In this document: positions 59,587 through 64,000 of the stretch, piece after piece | Layout: every line of letters begins with the position of its first letter | Numbering within the stretch: position 1 is the first letter of the stretch | Assembly: GCA_963815095.1 (NCBI GenBank) | Contig: CAWFFH010000003.1 | Span: forward strand, 352,001-416,000 | From: Candidatus Bathyarchaeota archaeon | Lineage (GTDB): Archaea; Thermoproteota; Bathyarchaeia; Bathyarchaeales; Bathycorpusculaceae | Length of the DNA: 64,000 nt | Direction of reading: 5' to 3' | Notes under the pieces: generated by a model | Seen by the model: only the letters and a program-made list of their open reading frames with translations | What the model was told of the DNA's origin: nothing | Databases searched by the model: none | Position numbers and translations under genes: made by a program

Positions 59587-60837
59587 GTGGGAACCGTTTT
59601 GGTGAAACTCAAAGGATTCCAGAAATTGACGTTAACTGACCAAGCACTGCAAATCTGGTTTGACACATTGCAGATTGCCAAGCCCAAAGTGACAGTTGTG
59701 CCGTTGCAGGATGCTTTAGGTCGTGTTTTAGCTGAAGACCTAATGGCTCAAGAGGCTTTACCGCGTTTTGACAAGTCAGCTATGGATGGTTACGCTGTCA
59801 AGTCGGCTGATTTAGTTGGTGCTTCACAATCAAAACCTGCTATTCTCCAATTAACCCAAACAGACCACGTGGACGCTAAACAGGCTAAGCAGGTTTGGAC
59901 GGGAAACCCCATTCCTGAAGGTGCAGACGCCGTCATTATGATAGAAAACACCGAGAAACGCGGTGAGGAATTGGAGGTTTGGAGCCAGCTCACACCCTGG
60001 ACCAACGTTTCTAAGGTTGGCGAAGACATCAAAAAGGGAGACCTTGCAGTTAAAGCAGCCACTCGCTTAAACGCCTATCATTTAGGTTTAGCTGCAGCGT
60101 TAGGTTACATTCAACTAAAAGTCTCTGAGAAACCAAAAATCGCAATCCTAGTCACAGGCAACGAAATAACAGAAGTAGGCACAGAACGTGCAAGCAACCA
60201 AATTTACGATTCAAATAAAACTATGGTATTAGCCATGTGCCACGAGCTAGGCGCAGAAACAAGCGATCTTGGCATAGCCAAAGACAACACCGACGAAATC
60301 GCAGAGAAAATCCGAGGCGCCCTCAAAACCCACGACGCAATTATCACTACAGGCGGAACAAGCGTTGGAGGATTAGACTTAGTGCCAGACGCCGTTAACA
60401 AAATTGGAAAACCCGGCGTAATCGTTCATGGCGTTGCATTGCGTCCCGCGATGCCAACTGCCGTTGCAATGTTGGAGAGCAAACCAGTTTTGATATTGTC
60501 AGGCAACCCCGTTGCTGCAGTCATTGGGTTTGAAGTTTTTGGCCGACCCTTAATTTGCAAGATGCTTGGAATGAGCCAAGCGGAGCCACGACCAATCGTT
60601 AATGCCGTTTTAGCTAGAAGAGTTACGAGCGCTTTGGGAAGGAAAACCTATGTTCGAGTTCGCGTGTTAATGAAAAAGGGCGAATTAATCGCTGAGCCTG
60701 TGAGCGCGAAGGGTTCAGGGTCCATATCCACTATGACTCAGAGCAACGGGTACGTTGTGGTTCCCGAAAACCGAGAAGGGATAAACGAAGGCGAAACAGT
60801 AGTTGTCGAAATGTTCGGTAGTTTGGAGGTTGTTTAG
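59587..60837 (+). CDS. moeA: Molybdopterin molybdenum/tungsten transferase MoeA, copy 1
   Basis: SAMDGYA, TGNPIPEGADAV, TGGTSVG, LSGNP. Confidence 0.94.
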   Translation: MGTVLVKLKGFQKLTLTDQALQIWFDTLQIAKPKVTVVPLQDALGRVLAEDLMAQEALPRFDKSAMDGYAVKSADLVGASQSKPAILQLTQTDHVDAKQAKQVWTGNPIPEGADAVIMIENTEKRGEELEVWSQLTPWTNVSKVGEDIKKGDLAVKAATRLNAYHLGLAAALGYIQLKVSEKPKIAILVTGNEITEVGTERASNQIYDSNKTMVLAMCHELGAETSDLGIAKDNTDEIAEKIRGALKTHDAIITTGGTSVGGLDLVPDAVNKIGKPGVIVHGVALRPAMPTAVAMLESKPVLILSGNPVAAVIGFEVFGRPLICKMLGMSQAEPRPIVNAVLARRVTSALGRKTYVRVRVLMKKGELIAEPVSAKGSGSISTMTQSNGYVVVPENREGINEGETVVVEMFGSLEVV

Positions 60838-60839
60838 AC

Positions 60840-62090
60840 GTGTTTAGGAAACTTTTGACGTTTGATGAAGCTAAGAAGAAAATTGATGATCAGTTTGTGC
60901 CCGTTTTTTTGGGTGAAGAAGAAGCTGTACTCTTGGAAGCTTACAACCGTGTACTCAATGAGGATACAGTTTCAACGCTTGATATTCCGCCGTTTAACCG
61001 TTCAACCGTCGACGGATACGCTGTTAAAGCCGAGGATACGTTTGGAGCCGACGAAAATGAGCCTGTAACCCTAAAAGTTTCTGGCGCTGTCAGTGTTGGT
61101 GAGCAGCCGAATGTTAAAGTGGCTAAAGGTGAAGCTGTTGAAATTGTTACTGGTGCTCCAATTCCTGAAGGCGCAGACGCCGTTGTTATGTTTGAAGACA
61201 CCGAGCGGGAAGATGATACGTTGAATGTTTTTGGCGCCGTTACCTTAAACGAGAATGTTATGAAGAAGGGTTCAGACCTCAAGAAAGGCACGATTGTGCT
61301 CAAGAAGGGGCAGGTTTTGGGCTCTTCAGAGATTGGTGTTTTAGCAGCTTTAGGCTTGACCCAAGTCAAAGTTCTCAAAATTCCCGTGGTTGCGGTGTTA
61401 TCCACTGGCGGAGAAGTCACAGAACCTGGAAAACCACTGCCTGCTGGAAAAATCTATGACATCAACGCTTACAGCATAAGCACTGCGGTTATCGAAAGCG
61501 GCGGAAAACCTGTCTATTTTGGTGTGGTTTCAGATGATAAAGCAGCTTTGGCGAAGGCTTTGCAGATGGCTGTGGCTTCAGCGGATATGGTAATAACTTC
61601 TGGCGGCGTTTCGGTGGGTCCACGCGACTACACTCCGCAAATTGTGGATTCGCTGGGGAAACCTGGAATTGTTGTTTATGGGATTGCGGTGAAGCCTGGC
61701 AAACCTACAACTGTCGGGTTCGTCGGAGATAAGCCCGTGTTTTCGTTGCCGGGCCATCCAACGTCTGCTCTGCTAATTTTCTATTTGCTTGCAAGGCCTC
61801 TGATTTTGCGTTTGGCTGGCCGACCTGAAACTGGCATGAAGATGGTTAGGGCTTATGCTGGCTCGCGAATGTTTAGTGCAAAAGGGAGGCGAACCTTTGT
61901 TATGGTACGTTTAGAGTTTGATAAGGAATGCCGCTTAATTGCTCAACCCGTAGAAGCTGGCGCTTCAGGCGCGATTACTACTTTAGCGAATGCAGATGGG
62001 TTTGTGGAGATTGCTGAGAATGAGCAGTTTGTGGATACTGACCAAGAAGTTGCGGTGTTTCTTTTCCGCGGTTCCGCAGCTAAAGTTTAG
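60840..62090 (+). CDS. moeA: Molybdopterin molybdenum/tungsten transferase MoeA, copy 2
   Basis: STVDGYA, TGAPIPEGADAV, SGGVSVG, KPGKP, LPGHP. Confidence 0.94.
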   Translation: MFRKLLTFDEAKKKIDDQFVPVFLGEEEAVLLEAYNRVLNEDTVSTLDIPPFNRSTVDGYAVKAEDTFGADENEPVTLKVSGAVSVGEQPNVKVAKGEAVEIVTGAPIPEGADAVVMFEDTEREDDTLNVFGAVTLNENVMKKGSDLKKGTIVLKKGQVLGSSEIGVLAALGLTQVKVLKIPVVAVLSTGGEVTEPGKPLPAGKIYDINAYSISTAVIESGGKPVYFGVVSDDKAALAKALQMAVASADMVITSGGVSVGPRDYTPQIVDSLGKPGIVVYGIAVKPGKPTTVGFVGDKPVFSLPGHPTSALLIFYLLARPLILRLAGRPETGMKMVRAYAGSRMFSAKGRRTFVMVRLEFDKECRLIAQPVEAGASGAITTLANADGFVEIAENEQFVDTDQEVAVFLFRGSAAKV

Positions 62091-62091
62091 C

Positions 62092-62433
62092 TTATGCTTT
62101 CATTAGAAGGTAAGCTGTGAAGATCCAGGTTAAAACAGCGTAAGCAACCATAATCAACGCAACTAAGAGGTTATCGAAACCCGCTGAATACAAGGTGACA
62201 AGAGTAAAAGCAGTGATTAATATGAATTGAATGCCGACTAACCATTTTGCCCAACCTCTTTTGGTAAAGAGACTGTACGCGGTTATTAGGCTTAGTATTC
62301 CCAGAAAAGCCAAGTGTGGCGGATAACTTGTAAAGGTCAAAGATACCATTAGAAGTATGCCTGTGAGCGTGTAGAAGGCTAAGGAGACTAGTTCGAAGGC
62401 CTTGAAGTTTTTTAGTTTGGTTGCTATGGACAC
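62092..62433 (-). CDS. Small four-TM membrane protein
   Basis: Hydrophobic ORF with plausible coding pattern. Confidence 0.65.
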   Translation of the reverse strand: MSIATKLKNFKAFELVSLAFYTLTGILLMVSLTFTSYPPHLAFLGILSLITAYSLFTKRGWAKWLVGIQFILITAFTLVTLYSAGFDNLLVALIMVAYAVLTWIFTAYLLMKA

Positions 62434-62625
62434 AGTTGTTCCGCCTTTACCTTAAGCAGTATAGATTTAATTAATAAATTTAATGTATTTCTCTAAACCA
62501 GTCAATTTGATATCTAAACCTCTTGCGTCAGGTTTACTTTAATTGTCTCATAAGCTCACTTTTTGTCTTCGTTAGTGCTTGGATTCTTATATTTTGGTGC
62601 GCACAATTTAGTTTGAGGGAAGTCT

Positions 62626-63204
62626 TTGGCTAAGCCGTCAGAAGTGGTGGTTTTTACAATTGGTCACTCTACTCGAACGCTCGAAGAATTCATCGAGCTT
62701 CTCAAAGCCTACAATGTAGTCTTACTCGTGGATGTGCGCACAGTTCCTCGTTCACGACATAACCCTCAATTCAACAAAGAAACCCTCCCAGCCAGCCTCA
62801 AACAATACGGCATCCGCTACATTCACATGCCAGAAATCGGCGGACTCCGCCACCCCAAACGCGACTCCATTAACCTTGCATGGGAAAACAGCGGCTTTAG
62901 GGGCTACGCTGACTACATGCAAACCCAAGAATTCACGGATAGCCTTCTAAAAATTGTGGCGTTGGCACGGGAAAATCGGCTTGCGTTGATGTGTGCGGAA
63001 GCGTTGCCCTGGCGGTGCCACAGAAATCTCCTCTCCGACGCCCTTGTCGTTCGACATGTAAAAGTTGAACACATAATCGGAAAAGACAGCGTCATAAACC
63101 ACCAAATAAACGAACTTGCGCACGTGGAAGGAACAAAAATAACCTACCCATTATTCACGAAAGAAACGCCCCAGAGAACTTTGGGAGATTTTGGAACAGG
63201 CTGA
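62626..63204 (+). CDS. DUF488 family protein
   Basis: FTIGHS, LVDVR..P.SR, GG.R, LMCAE..W.CHR. Confidence 0.88.
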   Translation: MAKPSEVVVFTIGHSTRTLEEFIELLKAYNVVLLVDVRTVPRSRHNPQFNKETLPASLKQYGIRYIHMPEIGGLRHPKRDSINLAWENSGFRGYADYMQTQEFTDSLLKIVALARENRLALMCAEALPWRCHRNLLSDALVVRHVKVEHIIGKDSVINHQINELAHVEGTKITYPLFTKETPQRTLGDFGTG

Positions 63205-63217
63205 TTTTCTGTTTTCG

Positions 63218-64000
63218 TCACTGTTTTTGTAGTTTTGCTATGAAGAAGCCATTGCATTGATGGATGTGAGGGTAGAGGCGTTGACATTTGGTTAAACCAT
63301 TGAGTCCTGGCATGCCCATTTTGGGTTCAATGTCAGCGAGAGTGAATTCGGAATGTTCTTTTAGGAACCGTTCAATTATGCCTTCGTTCTCTTCGAGAGT
63401 TATGCTACAGGTTGAGTAGGCCAAGAACCCGCCAGCTTTGACTTTTTCTGCGCAGTTATTTATCATTTTCCATTGAAGCTCAGACATGTTCTTGATTGAG
63501 TTCGGGCTTAGGCGCCATTTGGCTGAGGGCTGTTTGGCAAAAACGCCCGTGCTTGTACAGGGCGGATCTAAAATTATAAGGTCTGCTTCACCCATCAGCG
63601 GCACTGATATTGAGACATCTGCCACCAGGGGCTCTGCGTTTTTGGCTCCCATTCGGCCAGTTTCTTTTTTCCATGTTTTCATCCGTTTAGAGGAGAAATC
63701 AACAGAGTAAATGCTGCCTTGGTTTTGCATAAGTTGTGCGAGAAATGTTGTTTTGGCTCCTGGTGCCGCGCAAACATCAAACACGGTATTTCCGGGTTGG
63801 GGGTTTGCGGCTTGGGTAGCAAAGCAGCTTGCTTTGTCTTGGATGTAGAATAAGCCTTCTGCGTAGCTTGGCAGGGCATTTAGGGGTTTTTTGGATGATA
63901 AAACCTTGTAAGTATAATTTAGGAGCGAAGTTTTTTCTAATTCAACTCCTTCGTCTTTGAGCTTTTGCACCGTTGCTTCTTCAGTTGCCTTTAAGGTGTT
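63218..64000 (-). CDS. RsmB/NOP2-family RNA m5C methyltransferase (5' end lies beyond the window)
   Basis: IQDKAS, DVCAAPGAKT, LDPPCT, YSTCS; frame stays open to the window edge (NTLK..). Confidence 0.93.
   Translation of the reverse strand, partial: NTLKATEEATVQKLKDEGVELEKTSLLNYTYKVLSSKKPLNALPSYAEGLFYIQDKASCFATQAANPQPGNTVFDVCAAPGAKTTFLAQLMQNQGSIYSVDFSSKRMKTWKKETGRMGAKNAEPLVADVSISVPLMGEADLIILDPPCTSTGVFAKQPSAKWRLSPNSIKNMSELQWKMINNCAEKVKAGGFLAYSTCSITLEENEGIIERFLKEHSEFTLADIEPKMGMPGLNGLTKCQRLYPHIHQCNGFFIAKLQKQ

Noticed and set aside
1-64000. CRISPR array, rRNA or transposase
   Set aside because: No regularly spaced repeats, rRNA-like segments or transposase motifs found by eye.

Overview
This is an archaeal chromosomal window. 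Gene content and protein families suggest Bathyarchaeia (TACK), which is an inference. It is mostly core genome: a split-subunit glutamate synthase operon, tRNA-Glu(CTC), two thermosome subunits, the S13-S4-S11-RpoD-L18e-L13-S9-RpoN operon, the proteasome-SBDS-exosome-L37ae-Pcc1 operon, XPD, RadB, an ECF transporter core, prefoldin, Sua5, ThyA and two MoeA genes. The notable accessory elements are: (1) a lipid/envelope cluster (carS, OST3/6-DC2-like protein, NDP-sugar epimerase, a divergent UbiA, a Tes-like radical SAM enzyme, two glycosyltransferases) bracketed by duplicated cobS-cobY pairs, where one CobS has lost conserved acidic motif residues; (2) an Acinetobacter-type bifunctional mannitol-1-phosphate dehydrogenase/phosphatase inserted between two core operons; (3) a wHTH-pilin-coiled coil-roadblock-roadblock module; (4) a PAC4/PSMG4-like proteasome chaperone; (5) a dispersed ~112-bp structured intergenic repeat; (6) a multiply disrupted gene next to Clp1; (7) a DUF433/DUF5615 toxin-antitoxin pair. 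I saw no CRISPR array, rRNA, integrase or transposase. All family calls come from motif recognition by eye, not from database searches.
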